A stretch of DNA of 58,579 nt, counting the filler, from Candidatus Desantisbacteria bacterium CG1_02_49_89 (GTDB lineage: Bacteria; Desantisbacteria; UBA1551), in NCBI GenBank assembly GCA_001871075.1. It is 4 parts of 4 records of this genome, joined end to end, with 100 filler letters (N's around TTAATTAATTAA, not from the genome) between each part and the next. Parts side by side here need not be neighbours in the genome. Positions count along the whole stretch, not along the records: positions 1 to 16,243 come from MNUP01000140.1; positions 16,344 to 31,337 come from MNUP01000018.1; 2 more parts are not named here. One strand, written 5' to 3'. The notes under the pieces were generated by a model. It was not told the origin of the DNA. It saw only the letters and a list, made by a program, of their open reading frames with translations, and did not search any database. The translations under genes and the position numbers were made by a program. Positions 8,566 through 17,964 of this stretch are shown here, one piece after another. Positions within the stretch are counted from its first letter, which is position 1. Every line of letters starts with the position of its first letter.

Positions 8566-11052
8566 TTAAGCTTTGTGGCCGGTTATTTCAAGAAGGTAGA
8601 TTTTGCGCGGCTCAAGCGTAAACCTTATTCTGCCTATGGGCTCAGCCATTTCCCCCAGATGCGCGGGTTCCTTGTTACTCGACACAAGGGATAATTTCCA
8701 GGGCCCTCTGGGTATTGCGTATTTCCGCAGGTCCAGGTCCACTATGACTATCTGGGATTTCCCGTAGAGGTTCACAAAAAGCAGGCCCATGGTTTTGTCC
8801 TGGTGGGTCCACGCTTCGTGTATCACGGCGGGGACCGTCTGGGTCCCGCTGTCCCTGCGGCTCGCGGAACCGCTGTAATGGTACCAGTCCATCTCCACGT
8901 ATTCTACTTCGGAAATAAGTTTCGCGGGCCTTGCCATTTTCCCGTAGGCAAGATACGGTTTTGCGAACCCGGTGCGCGCCGCCGCTATTTCCCTGAGGAA
9001 TTCAAGTTTTTCCGGGTCAGCCTGGAAAGGATTTTCGTCTTCTATAAAAGTGCGGTCGTGCGTGATGTATACGCTTTTCCCGGACATTTCCGGCAGGAGT
9101 TCCGGTGAGGAATATTCGTAGTTGAGTTCCACGATGCTTCCTTCAAGGCATACCCTTGAGGCAATGTAGTAAAAATAGTTCCCGAAGTCCTTTGACAGCT
9201 TGCACAGCCCGTCCATGCAGACAGGCCCGAACTCGTGATAGACATACGGCCACATAGGGATGCGTCGGGCAAAGCCGTTTTTCAGAAGCTGGAGGAACTG
9301 CGCCCCCTCCATGTCATTCTGCACCTCGGCGCCGGAGCGGCAGTGCGCGAAATCAATGACGTTTATGAAATTCTCCGCAATGGCCTCTGTCCCGCGCGGC
9401 ACGCACGCGCGGGCGGCTTTCATCGTTGCTTCTTTGCTTGCACTGTAAACCCTGCGGTATGCCTCGATAAGGTTCCTGCCTTTGCCCGCGGGGCAGCCGA
9501 GGTCCGTCCTGTCTGAAAAATTTCCCAGGCTGGAGGCGGAAAGGTCGTAGTAATTCGCGTCAACGCCGCATTGCTTCACCGCTTCCGCGTCGCGCAGGGC
9601 GTGGAAGTCCTGCCAGTATTTCGAGGAAGGGTGCATCCAGTTGTCCAAGAATTCGGAGGCCAGGTTTTCCCTGAGTTCCCTCGAGAGCAGCCCGTATCTG
9701 TCCAGGTTGTGCCCGTAGGAAAGAAAATCAAAAAGAAAAAGCGCGAAGCGGTCACCGTTCTTCTTTACCGCCTCGGAATTCTTAGGGTCCATGTTGGAAG
9801 GGAACCACTGTGCCGGGTCGGAGATATCTTCAAATTCGGGCCTGAATCTTTGATACAGCCTGAACGCCTCCCGCAGGTCTTCTATGCGCGAAGCGGATAT
9901 GTCAACCCCGATCTCCTTCATGGCGTTTTTAAGCCTGGTTTCATCCGTAACGTCGTGGGGCGCAAAATTTTTCAGTTCCGCGTGCATCCTGATAAGCGTT
10001 GCGTATCCGGGTTTAAGCCCGATCTTCCCAAGTATCTCCCTTAGTCCAGGGAGGGGCCCCCGCTCAAGGCGCGACCATCCGGCCCAGTCATAACCCAGGA
10101 CGTGGAATACGGGTGTTGAAGCGACGCCGTGGAACGCTTCTATCCATTTCGAGACGTCTAAGGATGAAGGCATGCCGAAAGTGCAGAAACCGGTTTGTTC
10201 TGCGAGCCATTTTGCTGCCGTGCCTTTCTTTACCCTGTCCTCAAGTTTTCCCTCGTTGCACCAGGCGGGAGAATCTTTTTCCGCGCCGGCAGCCCAGGCC
10301 CTGTAGCGGTCAGCGGCTTCGCGCCAGTCGCCTTCGTTTAAAACTCCGATTATCACGGGGTACCCGGGGTCAAGGGCATTACCCGGTTTCAGGTCCCAGG
10401 ATTCATGCATTATTGACGCGGCAAGCGCGCCGGCATCCCTGAAGAAATTGAATTCTTTGGCTGTGTTTTTTGGGTCCCGGCAGATGAAATAAAAGCCGCC
10501 GGCGTCCTTAAGGTAATAAGCGAAGAACTGCATCGTGCTGCCGGAGCCGCTGGGGTAGGGAACATGGCGCAGAAGCCCGGGATCCGCAAGGGTCTTAAAA
10601 GGCGCGCGGAACAGGAAGCCGCGGGCTACGGGATGGGCAAGATACGTATTGTTCAGCTCATTGCCGAGGATACCTATACCGCTGATCAGGGGGAATTCGA
10701 GGGATGATATTATTTCTTTTGTTTTGTTCTCAACCCTGAAGACCAGGGTGAGTTCGGGGCTGTCCTTGGGGAGGCTTGCCGTTGCTTTTATTGAAAGTCC
10801 TTCTTTTATCTTCCAGGTAAAATCAACGTCCTTTCCGTTCGTCCTGGGCATAACGTCGCAGCTTTCGAAAGATGATGTCTGCCTGGGAGGAGCTGAAAGG
10901 TTTTCCTTCATGCGGAGGATCCAGGGGGGTGAATCGGGTTTGAATTTTTCCGAAACGAGATGCAGGTTGGCAGGGCGGTTCAGTATTTCCACGAACGCGC
11001 CATGCCAGGTGTTTATTTCAACATGTATCCATTTATTTTCAAGCACAACCAT
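8566..11052 (-). CDS. Large DUF6259-like protein, possibly glycoside-hydrolase-related
   Basis: 828-aa ORF; YPS..STMQF, DWREAADRYRAWA, YYD, IPMWPYVYHE motifs resemble DUF6259 proteins. Confidence 0.6.
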   Translation of the reverse strand: MVVLENKWIHVEINTWHGAFVEILNRPANLHLVSEKFKPDSPPWILRMKENLSAPPRQTSSFESCDVMPRTNGKDVDFTWKIKEGLSIKATASLPKDSPELTLVFRVENKTKEIISSLEFPLISGIGILGNELNNTYLAHPVARGFLFRAPFKTLADPGLLRHVPYPSGSGSTMQFFAYYLKDAGGFYFICRDPKNTAKEFNFFRDAGALAASIMHESWDLKPGNALDPGYPVIIGVLNEGDWREAADRYRAWAAGAEKDSPAWCNEGKLEDRVKKGTAAKWLAEQTGFCTFGMPSSLDVSKWIEAFHGVASTPVFHVLGYDWAGWSRLERGPLPGLREILGKIGLKPGYATLIRMHAELKNFAPHDVTDETRLKNAMKEIGVDISASRIEDLREAFRLYQRFRPEFEDISDPAQWFPSNMDPKNSEAVKKNGDRFALFLFDFLSYGHNLDRYGLLSRELRENLASEFLDNWMHPSSKYWQDFHALRDAEAVKQCGVDANYYDLSASSLGNFSDRTDLGCPAGKGRNLIEAYRRVYSASKEATMKAARACVPRGTEAIAENFINVIDFAHCRSGAEVQNDMEGAQFLQLLKNGFARRIPMWPYVYHEFGPVCMDGLCKLSKDFGNYFYYIASRVCLEGSIVELNYEYSSPELLPEMSGKSVYITHDRTFIEDENPFQADPEKLEFLREIAAARTGFAKPYLAYGKMARPAKLISEVEYVEMDWYHYSGSASRRDSGTQTVPAVIHEAWTHQDKTMGLLFVNLYGKSQIVIVDLDLRKYAIPRGPWKLSLVSSNKEPAHLGEMAEPIGRIRFTLEPRKIYLLEITGHKA

Positions 11053-11065
11053 GATTAATCCATAA

Positions 11066-11154
11066 ACAATTATGAGTTATGAATCTACTGCAAGGTATTA
11101 ATTTAAATAGAATCCTTGTTTTTGACTCATAATCTACGATCATTCATAATTCAT
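11066..11154. repeat. ~90-bp intergenic element, copy 2
   Basis: Shares ACAATTATGAGTTATGAATC and AATCCTTGTTTTTGACTCATAATCTACGATCATTCATAATTCAT with 7626-7716. Confidence 0.85.
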
Positions 11155-11168
11155 AATTATATTTTCAA

Positions 11169-12143
11169 TCAGCGGATAAGTTCCTGAAATTCAGGTTTTT
11201 CCCTTATTAGGCCAAAGTCCTCGTCCTGCACGGCGTCTTTTTTAAACGCGGGATTTTTTTCTATCGCCTTCCTGAGCCACTCTGTGCTGTTTTTAACATC
11301 GGCTTTTTTCGCGTAAGCGCAGGCTATGTTATACATAAAACCCGATTCCTCCGGGGCAATGTCAAGGCCGTATAGATATTCTTCTATCGCGTTGTCATAT
11401 CTTCCGGTTTTTAAATAACTTGTGGCAAGAAAATAATAGAAAAACGGATCCGCTTCATATCCGGGCCTTGCCCTTTCGAAATTTAAAGCCGCGCTTTCAA
11501 AATTATTGTGTTTGAAATAGATCTGGGCGAGGAAGTAGCAGTTTTGGTCATAGGCTATTTCGGTTTGTTCGGAGCGCATTACCATGTAATACTTTTCTTT
11601 CATCTCCCGGTCTTTCAGTTCTTTGAAAAAGGCATATTTTTCAAAAGATGCGATAGCACGGGAATCCTCGCCCCTTGACATCTGGATTATGCCCATGATC
11701 CCCCACGCGCCTAAAGAAGAGGAGTTTATGTCTATAGCTTTCCCGCATTCGGCTATAGCTTCGTCAGATCTTCTCATCCTGTTGTATGTTTCCGCGCGGT
11801 TCAGGTACGCGGCTTCAAGCTTCGGGTCCAGGGCAATGGCCTTTTTCAGGACTTTCAGCGATTCCGTTGTATTCCAGGTGCGGCAGTAAGCCCTTCCGAG
11901 TTCGGAATATGCTTTTGCATTTTTGGGTTCGAGCCTTATTACTTCTTTCAGGTACAAAATAGCGGTTTCATACTGTTCCCTTGCCAGGGCGGCAGCACCC
12001 ATGCCGTGCAGAAGCATAACGTTTTCCTCAAGCGGTTTTTTGCTCTTGGTTTTTGCTTTGATCTTGGCGGTTTTTGTTTCAGCCGCTTCAGCGGACGCAG
12101 CACAGATGATCACCATAAGGATTGTGACGAATATTTTTTTCAT
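11169..12143 (-). CDS. Secreted tetratricopeptide-repeat protein
   Basis: Signal peptide; multiple TPR units; C-terminal YNIACAYA...AVQDEDF capping motif. Confidence 0.9.
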   Translation of the reverse strand: MKKIFVTILMVIICAASAEAAETKTAKIKAKTKSKKPLEENVMLLHGMGAAALAREQYETAILYLKEVIRLEPKNAKAYSELGRAYCRTWNTTESLKVLKKAIALDPKLEAAYLNRAETYNRMRRSDEAIAECGKAIDINSSSLGAWGIMGIIQMSRGEDSRAIASFEKYAFFKELKDREMKEKYYMVMRSEQTEIAYDQNCYFLAQIYFKHNNFESAALNFERARPGYEADPFFYYFLATSYLKTGRYDNAIEEYLYGLDIAPEESGFMYNIACAYAKKADVKNSTEWLRKAIEKNPAFKKDAVQDEDFGLIREKPEFQELIR

Positions 12144-12178
12144 CTTTATTTACCGATTTGTTTTAAGCCATCAGCTAC

Positions 12179-12246
12179 CGAAGAGCCATTAACCCAGCTC
12201 TGGCTCGTAGGTCCCTGCATTGAGTGCCGAAGGCACTGCAGGGATG
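12179..12246 (-). repeat. Structured two-hairpin element, copy 1
   Basis: ATCCCTGCAG-hairpin-CTCAATGCAGGGACCTAC-GAGCCA-loop-TGGCTC-TTCG; relatives at 42733-42805 and 47559-47630. Confidence 0.8.
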
Positions 12247-12253
12247 AGCCATG

Positions 12254-13492
12254 TTACGGGTTCATGGTCAATATTTTACACGCTATATCAGGATGGCTTG
12301 CGATGAATTTAAGCTCATCCTCGACCAGGGGTTTCTGTTTCGCGACGTTTGCATACCTTACGAGCTCCAGGACCCTGCGCGCCTCGTTGTCGTTCCTGAA
12401 TTTTACTTCCATTTTTTCGTAGACGTTGCGGAACCCCTTTATGCCGCTGTATTCCCCGGCGATGATCTGCCTGCCGGTTTCCACGACTTCCGGCTCGCCC
12501 CTGCCCAGGGCCTCGAAATCGTAAAGCTCGTAGTTGCGGCGGTCTTTTAGGGCGCCGTCCGCGTGTATCCCCGAAGAATGGGCGAATGCGTTGGACCCGA
12601 CCCCTGGCTGGTTTATCGGTATGGGAACGCCAAAGGCATAAGAAGCGTATTTGGCGATCTTCCACGCTTTGGACAGGTTCACTCGTTCTTCCAGGTGGTA
12701 TCTGCCGTGGAAACCGCTTGAATGTTTCAGCGCGAGTATGACCGATACAAGGTCCGCGTTCCCGGCTCTTTCGCCCATGCCGTTCACGGTCGTGTTTATG
12801 TAGGCATCCACTCCCGCGTCTGCCGCCGCCTTCGCTCCCGAGATGGACGTGGCTACCACCATGCCGAGATCATTGTGGCAGTGCAGTTCAACCGGCATCT
12901 GGATCTCCTTCGCGAGTTTTTTCACGCGTTCATAGATCGTGAAAGGATCATCGTAACCGAGCGTGTCGCAGTAGCGTATCCTGGCAGCTCCGGCCTGTTT
13001 CGCGGCTTTTGAAAACCTGATCAGGTATTCCATTCCGGTCCGCGAAGCGTCTTCCGCGTTTACGCCTATGGATTCAGCGCCGCACTGCCCGGCTTTTTTA
13101 ACGGCGTCAACCATTTCTCTGATCACGCCCTCGTGGTCTATCTTGCCCTTGAATTTATTCACTATCATCTGGTCTGATGTCGAAACCGAAAGGTTTAAGT
13201 GTTTGAGCTTCGGGACTTTCGCAAAAGCTTTCTTTACGTCTTCTGTTGTCGCCCTCATCCAGCCGCTGAGGCGTATAGGCGAAAGAGTTCCTGACCTTGC
13301 GAGTTCCAGGTTGGCGTTAAGGTAGTTTGTTTCGTGTCTGGTGACCGGGAACCCGAACTCGCTCTGGAAGATCCCCATTTCATTGAGGGAAATGTTTATC
13401 ATCGTCTTTTCCAGTTTTGCCAGCCCGAGTTTCGCGGTCTGCACGCCGTCGCGGTTCGTTACGTCAATTATGTATATTTTGTTCTTTTTCAT
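12254..13492 (-). CDS. Homocitrate synthase / Re-citrate synthase family (DRE-TIM metallolyase)
   Basis: DVTNRDGVQ, HCHNDLGM, GMGERAGNA, AFAHSSGIHADG. Exact substrate is uncertain. Confidence 0.88.
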   Translation of the reverse strand: MKKNKIYIIDVTNRDGVQTAKLGLAKLEKTMINISLNEMGIFQSEFGFPVTRHETNYLNANLELARSGTLSPIRLSGWMRATTEDVKKAFAKVPKLKHLNLSVSTSDQMIVNKFKGKIDHEGVIREMVDAVKKAGQCGAESIGVNAEDASRTGMEYLIRFSKAAKQAGAARIRYCDTLGYDDPFTIYERVKKLAKEIQMPVELHCHNDLGMVVATSISGAKAAADAGVDAYINTTVNGMGERAGNADLVSVILALKHSSGFHGRYHLEERVNLSKAWKIAKYASYAFGVPIPINQPGVGSNAFAHSSGIHADGALKDRRNYELYDFEALGRGEPEVVETGRQIIAGEYSGIKGFRNVYEKMEVKFRNDNEARRVLELVRYANVAKQKPLVEDELKFIASHPDIACKILTMNP

Positions 13493-13647
13493 TTCTACTC
13501 CTTAATTGTGATTACGGTGATTTTTAAATGATGATTGCGGTGATTATTTTTAGTATCAAGAGTCAAGTGTCAAGTATCAAGTTAAAACCAAAATATTTCT
13601 CTGTGTCTCCGTGCCTCCGTGGTTATTCTTTCGTGCTTTCGTGGAAA

Positions 13648-14643
13648 TTATTGTATCTTCACGGGTTTATTCGTTTTGGCGGATTCAAGCGCGGCGAAAA
13701 CCATCCCCAGGCTTTTCAGGTTATCCGCGCCGTTTGTCTGGGGCTGCCTTTTTTCTCTGATAGCCCGGACCATTTCATGGAACGTGTATTGTTGCCCTGC
13801 CAGGGGGTACTGTTCCGGTATTATCTCCGCGGGCGGATTTTCAGCCCCGGCCGATAGGAATATTTTATCATCCCTTGAGAGCAGGACGCCTCCGCCGCAT
13901 TCAAGCCTCCACTCCCCGTTCCACGGGGTTTCAATGCCTTTCGCGGCCCAGGACCCGTTATAGGAGCATACGGTCCCGTTCTTGAAAGTGAAAATAACAT
14001 TCGCGGAGGGGTCGCCTTTGAACCATGACCAGCCGGGCATATACGATTTCGCGTATACCTCAACCGGGTCGGAGCCGGTAAAAAATCTTATAAGATCGAA
14101 ATGGTGGATGGACATGTCTATCAGGAGCGGGTAGGGCATCTCCTCCCTGAACCCGCCGAACCTGGGCCCTTTCTGGAACAGGATCGTAACGTAACCTATG
14201 TTGTCCGCGAATTTTTCAGACAGGATTTTTTTAATTGTCCAGGCCCACGGCGAAAACCTGTAATTCTGGCTCACCATGATCTTTTTGTTGTATTTTTCCG
14301 CCTGATCAACGATATCCCTGGCGGATTCCATGGTGTCTGCCAGCGGTTTTTCAGTGATCACGTCCAGGCCCGCCCTGAAACCCTCAGCGCACACCTTCCT
14401 GTGGACCTGCGGCGGAGTCACGTTCACCAGTATGTCGGCTTTTTCCTTTTTCAGCGCTTCCGAAAGAGACGCGTAGCAGTGTTCAGCGGGTATCCCGCTT
14501 GCCGCAGCCTGCTGTTTCAGTACTTCGGGATTTGTGTCCACAAGCGCTATGATCTTTCCTTCAGGATGGTTTTTGAGGGCGTTCAGCCATGCATTGCCGA
14601 ACCCTCCAGTCCCCACCTGGATCACTTTCAGCTTTTCCATCAT
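13648..14643 (-). CDS. Gfo/Idh/MocA oxidoreductase
   Basis: VGTGGFG, EKPLA, QNYRF, DMSIHHFD. Confidence 0.93.
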   Translation of the reverse strand: MMEKLKVIQVGTGGFGNAWLNALKNHPEGKIIALVDTNPEVLKQQAAASGIPAEHCYASLSEALKKEKADILVNVTPPQVHRKVCAEGFRAGLDVITEKPLADTMESARDIVDQAEKYNKKIMVSQNYRFSPWAWTIKKILSEKFADNIGYVTILFQKGPRFGGFREEMPYPLLIDMSIHHFDLIRFFTGSDPVEVYAKSYMPGWSWFKGDPSANVIFTFKNGTVCSYNGSWAAKGIETPWNGEWRLECGGGVLLSRDDKIFLSAGAENPPAEIIPEQYPLAGQQYTFHEMVRAIREKRQPQTNGADNLKSLGMVFAALESAKTNKPVKIQ

Positions 14644-14800
14644 GATTCCTTAGATTATTTAATTATGAATTATGAGTTATGAGTCAAGGAATCAGGGCTC
14701 CCTCCCAACAAGATTGGCGGGTCTTCGAGAAGCCCTGAGTTTCAATAAATTCCTTGTTGTTGCGTTGACACGTTGACACGTTGATACGTTGACACGCCTG

Positions 14801-15985
14801 CTACGCTTTTATTGTCTCTTCAATGCGCTTCAGGCCTTCCTTAATATTGTCCATGGAAGTCGCGTAGGAAAGCCTGATGTACCTGTCCGCGCCGAACGCT
14901 AAACCCGGGATAACAGCCACCTTCGCTTCATTCAGCAGCACTTCGGTAAGCGACATCGATCCTGTTATTTTTTGGCCCCTGATCTTTCTTCCGATCAGTT
15001 TTGATATATTGGGGAACGCGTAGAACGCCCCTTGCGGCTTAAGGCAGGATAAGCCGGGTATTAAATTCAATTTATCCACCATATAATCCCTTCGGGCCTT
15101 AAATTCAGCGACCATTTTGTGCAGGTCAGCGTCTTTTCCCGCAAGGGCGGCAAGAGCGGCTTTCTGAGATATCGATGCCGGGTTTGAGGTTGAGTGGTCC
15201 TGAAGGTTGGCCATCGCCGATATGATGTTTTTGGGCCCGGCCGCGTATCCGATGCGCCATCCGGTCATTGAATAGGACTTGGAAACACCGTTTATTACGA
15301 TCGTCAGGTCCTTTATCTCTTTTCCGAAGGAAGCGATGCTGGTATGAGTTCCTTCATAAATAAGCTTCTCGTAGACTTCGTCCGATATCACGAGGAAGCC
15401 GTTCTTGACCGCGAGTTCCGCGATCGTCCTGAGCTCGTCTTTTGAATAAACCATTCCCGTGGGATTGGCAGGTGAGTTCAGAATAAGGCATTTCGTCCTG
15501 GGAGTGACCGCGTGCCTGAGGGTTTTATGCAGGAGCTTGAACCCGTGTTTCTCCTCTGTTTCTATGATGACCGGCTTCGCGCCGGATAATTTTATCTGCT
15601 CGAGGTAAGTTACCCAGTAGGGCGACGGGAGTATTACCTCATCACCTTTGTCGCACGCGCACATTATTGCGTTGAAAAGCGAGTGTTTAGCCCCGCACGA
15701 AATAATAACCTGTGAAGTTTCATATTCAAGGCTGTTGTCCTGTCTGAGTTTCTGGCATACGGCTTTTTTAAGCTCTTCGGTCCCGGAGGTCGGGGTGTAT
15801 TTGGTGAAACCGGCGTCAATCGAAACTTTCGCCGCTTCCTTAATATATAAAGGCGTGTCGAAATCCGGCTCCCCGGCGCCGAAGCCTATCACGTCGATCC
15901 CCTGCGCTTTCATCTGTTTTGCTTTCGCGGTTATGGCAAGCGTCGGAGAAGGGCTTATAAGGCCGGTCCTTTTTGCAAGTTTCAT
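14801..15985 (-). CDS. PLP-dependent class I/II aminotransferase (aspartate aminotransferase-like)
   Basis: GAGEPDF, NPTG, SDEVYE, SKSYSMTGWRIG; start at MKLAKR after an AAGGAAG RBS. Confidence 0.95.
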   Translation of the reverse strand: MKLAKRTGLISPSPTLAITAKAKQMKAQGIDVIGFGAGEPDFDTPLYIKEAAKVSIDAGFTKYTPTSGTEELKKAVCQKLRQDNSLEYETSQVIISCGAKHSLFNAIMCACDKGDEVILPSPYWVTYLEQIKLSGAKPVIIETEEKHGFKLLHKTLRHAVTPRTKCLILNSPANPTGMVYSKDELRTIAELAVKNGFLVISDEVYEKLIYEGTHTSIASFGKEIKDLTIVINGVSKSYSMTGWRIGYAAGPKNIISAMANLQDHSTSNPASISQKAALAALAGKDADLHKMVAEFKARRDYMVDKLNLIPGLSCLKPQGAFYAFPNISKLIGRKIRGQKITGSMSLTEVLLNEAKVAVIPGLAFGADRYIRLSYATSMDNIKEGLKRIEETIKA

Positions 15986-16015
15986 ATTCTTCCTTTTGAA
16001 CATAGATACTGGATC

Positions 16016-16243
16016 CTAGTGTGGTGTCTCTAACAGATCTTTACATTTGGGCTGTCATTGCGAGGAGTGTTAACGACGAAGCAATCTCGACCTAAAAATC
16101 GAGATTGCCACGCTCCCTTTGGTCGCTCGCAATGACAACTCAAAGCAGAATCAAATGTCAAGGGATTTATGTGACACCATACTAGTGTAGTGTCTCTAAC
16201 AGATCTTTACATTTGGGCTGTCATTGCGAGGAGTGTTAACGAC
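16016..16243. mobile_element. Tandem MITE-like elements (166-bp unit) bounded by CTAG
   Basis: CTAG-TGTGGTGTC...GACACCATA-CTAG with ~30-bp imperfect terminal inverted repeats. A second copy starts at 16182 and runs into the contig end. Confidence 0.75.
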
Positions 16244-16343
16244 NNNNNNNNNNNNNNNNNNNNNNNNNNNNNNNNNNNNNNNNNNNNTTAATTAATTAAN
16301 NNNNNNNNNNNNNNNNNNNNNNNNNNNNNNNNNNNNNNNNNNN
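16244..16343. other. Artificial contig spacer
   Basis: N runs around TTAATTAATTAA (stops in all frames). Confidence 0.98.
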
Positions 16344-16375
16344 TCTTCTCCCCTTCAGGTAAGGATGATTTGTAT

Positions 16376-16395
16376 CCCCGCGGCAAGCCGCGGGG
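16376..16395. repeat. GC-rich palindrome resembling an IS200/IS605-type end hairpin
   Basis: CCCCGCGGC-AA-GCCGCGGGG next to TTTAA (minus strand) near a contig end. Confidence 0.45.
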
Positions 16396-16402
16396 GGTTA
16401 AA

Positions 16403-17212
16403 TCATATTTTTGCTAAATATCCATTTCTGTATAAATCTATTCTTCGAAAATCTTTAATATCAATTTTTAGTCCTTCTAATGTAGGCAGAACGTCTCTCC
16501 CTTTAAAATCTAAAATCCATCCTTCTTTCCTTTCGTTTGGTAATAAATTCTTAAGTAGTTCCCTTAAGTTATTATCATAAATATTAATTATCTCGTCTTT
16601 AATCAAAATAGGTGCTGCTCCTATGACATAAAAAGGTGATCCTCCTGCTTCTTGTATTAAAATATTTTCTCTTGACAAAATAAAACTCTTGATATCTTCT
16701 GATAAACTATATACTTTTGAAAATCCATCTTTTAATTCATCAGTGCTCATTTTTGATTTTTGTCTATCATGACGTTTCCAAAATTGAAATAATCCCTTGA
16801 AAGTAACCATATGTGGCATACGAAGACTTCGCGGTATATGTAAAATTATGATTGGATTTTGTTTTCCACTTGGTACTATTTGAATTTCAAAACCAGGTAT
16901 ACGAGGATCTATGCTACTCAGACATAAGGAAGATATTCTATCTCTTTCTTCTTCGGCATTCTCAACTCCCAATATTTCAGTAGGAATTCCTTGATCTTCA
17001 TCATCTTCCTTTATTCCTATAATAAGATATCCTCCATAAGCATTTGCAAAAGCAGTTATATCCCTTAACATTTCTCTTATGCTTTCGTCATTTCGTTCAT
17101 ACATTTTTTCTTTATACTCAATACTTTGACCTTCAGCTATTTTATCTTTAATTAATTTCTCAATATCTGTCTGTCTCCAATCTGCAATAGCTTTATTTAA
17201 TATTATTGACAT
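16403..17212 (-). CDS. Schlafen/AlbA_2-domain protein, possibly C-terminally truncated
   Basis: EGQSIEYKE...RDITAFANAYGGYLIIGIKED; AGGAG RBS. Confidence 0.88.
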   Translation of the reverse strand: MSIILNKAIADWRQTDIEKLIKDKIAEGQSIEYKEKMYERNDESIREMLRDITAFANAYGGYLIIGIKEDDEDQGIPTEILGVENAEEERDRISSLCLSSIDPRIPGFEIQIVPSGKQNPIIILHIPRSLRMPHMVTFKGLFQFWKRHDRQKSKMSTDELKDGFSKVYSLSEDIKSFILSRENILIQEAGGSPFYVIGAAPILIKDEIINIYDNNLRELLKNLLPNERKEGWILDFKGRDVLPTLEGLKIDIKDFRRIDLYRNGYLAKI

Positions 17213-17280
17213 ATCATACTCCTAATTTAATTATAAATTTCGTTGATTAATTAGGTGACATGCTCTTCAAAATTTAATAT

Positions 17281-17964
17281 TTATTTAACTTCTCCAAAAT
17301 TGTAACACTCTTCTCCACATTGTTTACATATTAGTCTTTTCACTTTAAATCCAAAACTCGTATCTTTGATAATACTATTAAATTCCATACCGCCACATTT
17401 ACAGCCACAAAATTTATTGGTGCCATAATTCCAGAAATTTTTCAGCATGAGCAAAATGATATTTTGTGCATATTTAATACTTTCTACATTTTTATTACTA
17501 AAATCAAGTTTATCCCATTCTTGTTTATTTAACCGACACTGATCAAACAAAAAATGATGTGTAGGGCATAAAGATACTAAATTTCCTTTATTAGCCGAAC
17601 CTCCATTTTCTCTGGGAATAATATGACAGAAATCTGCGCATCTTGACTCTCCACAAATTTCACAAGGCTTATACTCTCTTCTAACATTATCTTGATTCTC
17701 TGGAAGAGCAGCTGCTATTGGTTTTGTAATATTCAATGGCATTTCAATTCCAAACTTTTTTTCAATAATCTTTGTTCCTATCCATGATTTTAGTAGTACT
17801 ATTATCTCATTTCTTAAATCAATGATTTCATTATGGATCGGCATGCTTAATTGCTTGTTTTTCTCAAAGAAGATACTAAATAAATCATGGATCGCTTCAC
17901 GAAATTCGTAGGTTTCATGATGAAATTTTCCATACATGTATTTTCTCTTTTCCCTTTTTTTCAT
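17281..17964 (-). CDS. HNH endonuclease with zinc-binding motifs
   Basis: CEICG...HIIPRENGG...NLVSLCPTHHFLFD; C-terminal CKCGG/CKQCG; ATGA overlap with the upstream gene. Confidence 0.85.
   Translation of the reverse strand: MKKREKRKYMYGKFHHETYEFREAIHDLFSIFFEKNKQLSMPIHNEIIDLRNEIIVLLKSWIGTKIIEKKFGIEMPLNITKPIAAALPENQDNVRREYKPCEICGESRCADFCHIIPRENGGSANKGNLVSLCPTHHFLFDQCRLNKQEWDKLDFSNKNVESIKYAQNIILLMLKNFWNYGTNKFCGCKCGGMEFNSIIKDTSFGFKVKRLICKQCGEECYNFGEVK

Noticed and set aside
12254-13492. Calling the gene nifV and inferring nitrogen fixation
   Set aside because: No nif genes nearby; the family includes Re-citrate and other synthases.
16016-16243. Direct repeat as a possible CRISPR array
   Set aside because: Unit is 166 bp with TIRs, has no unique spacers, and no cas genes are nearby.
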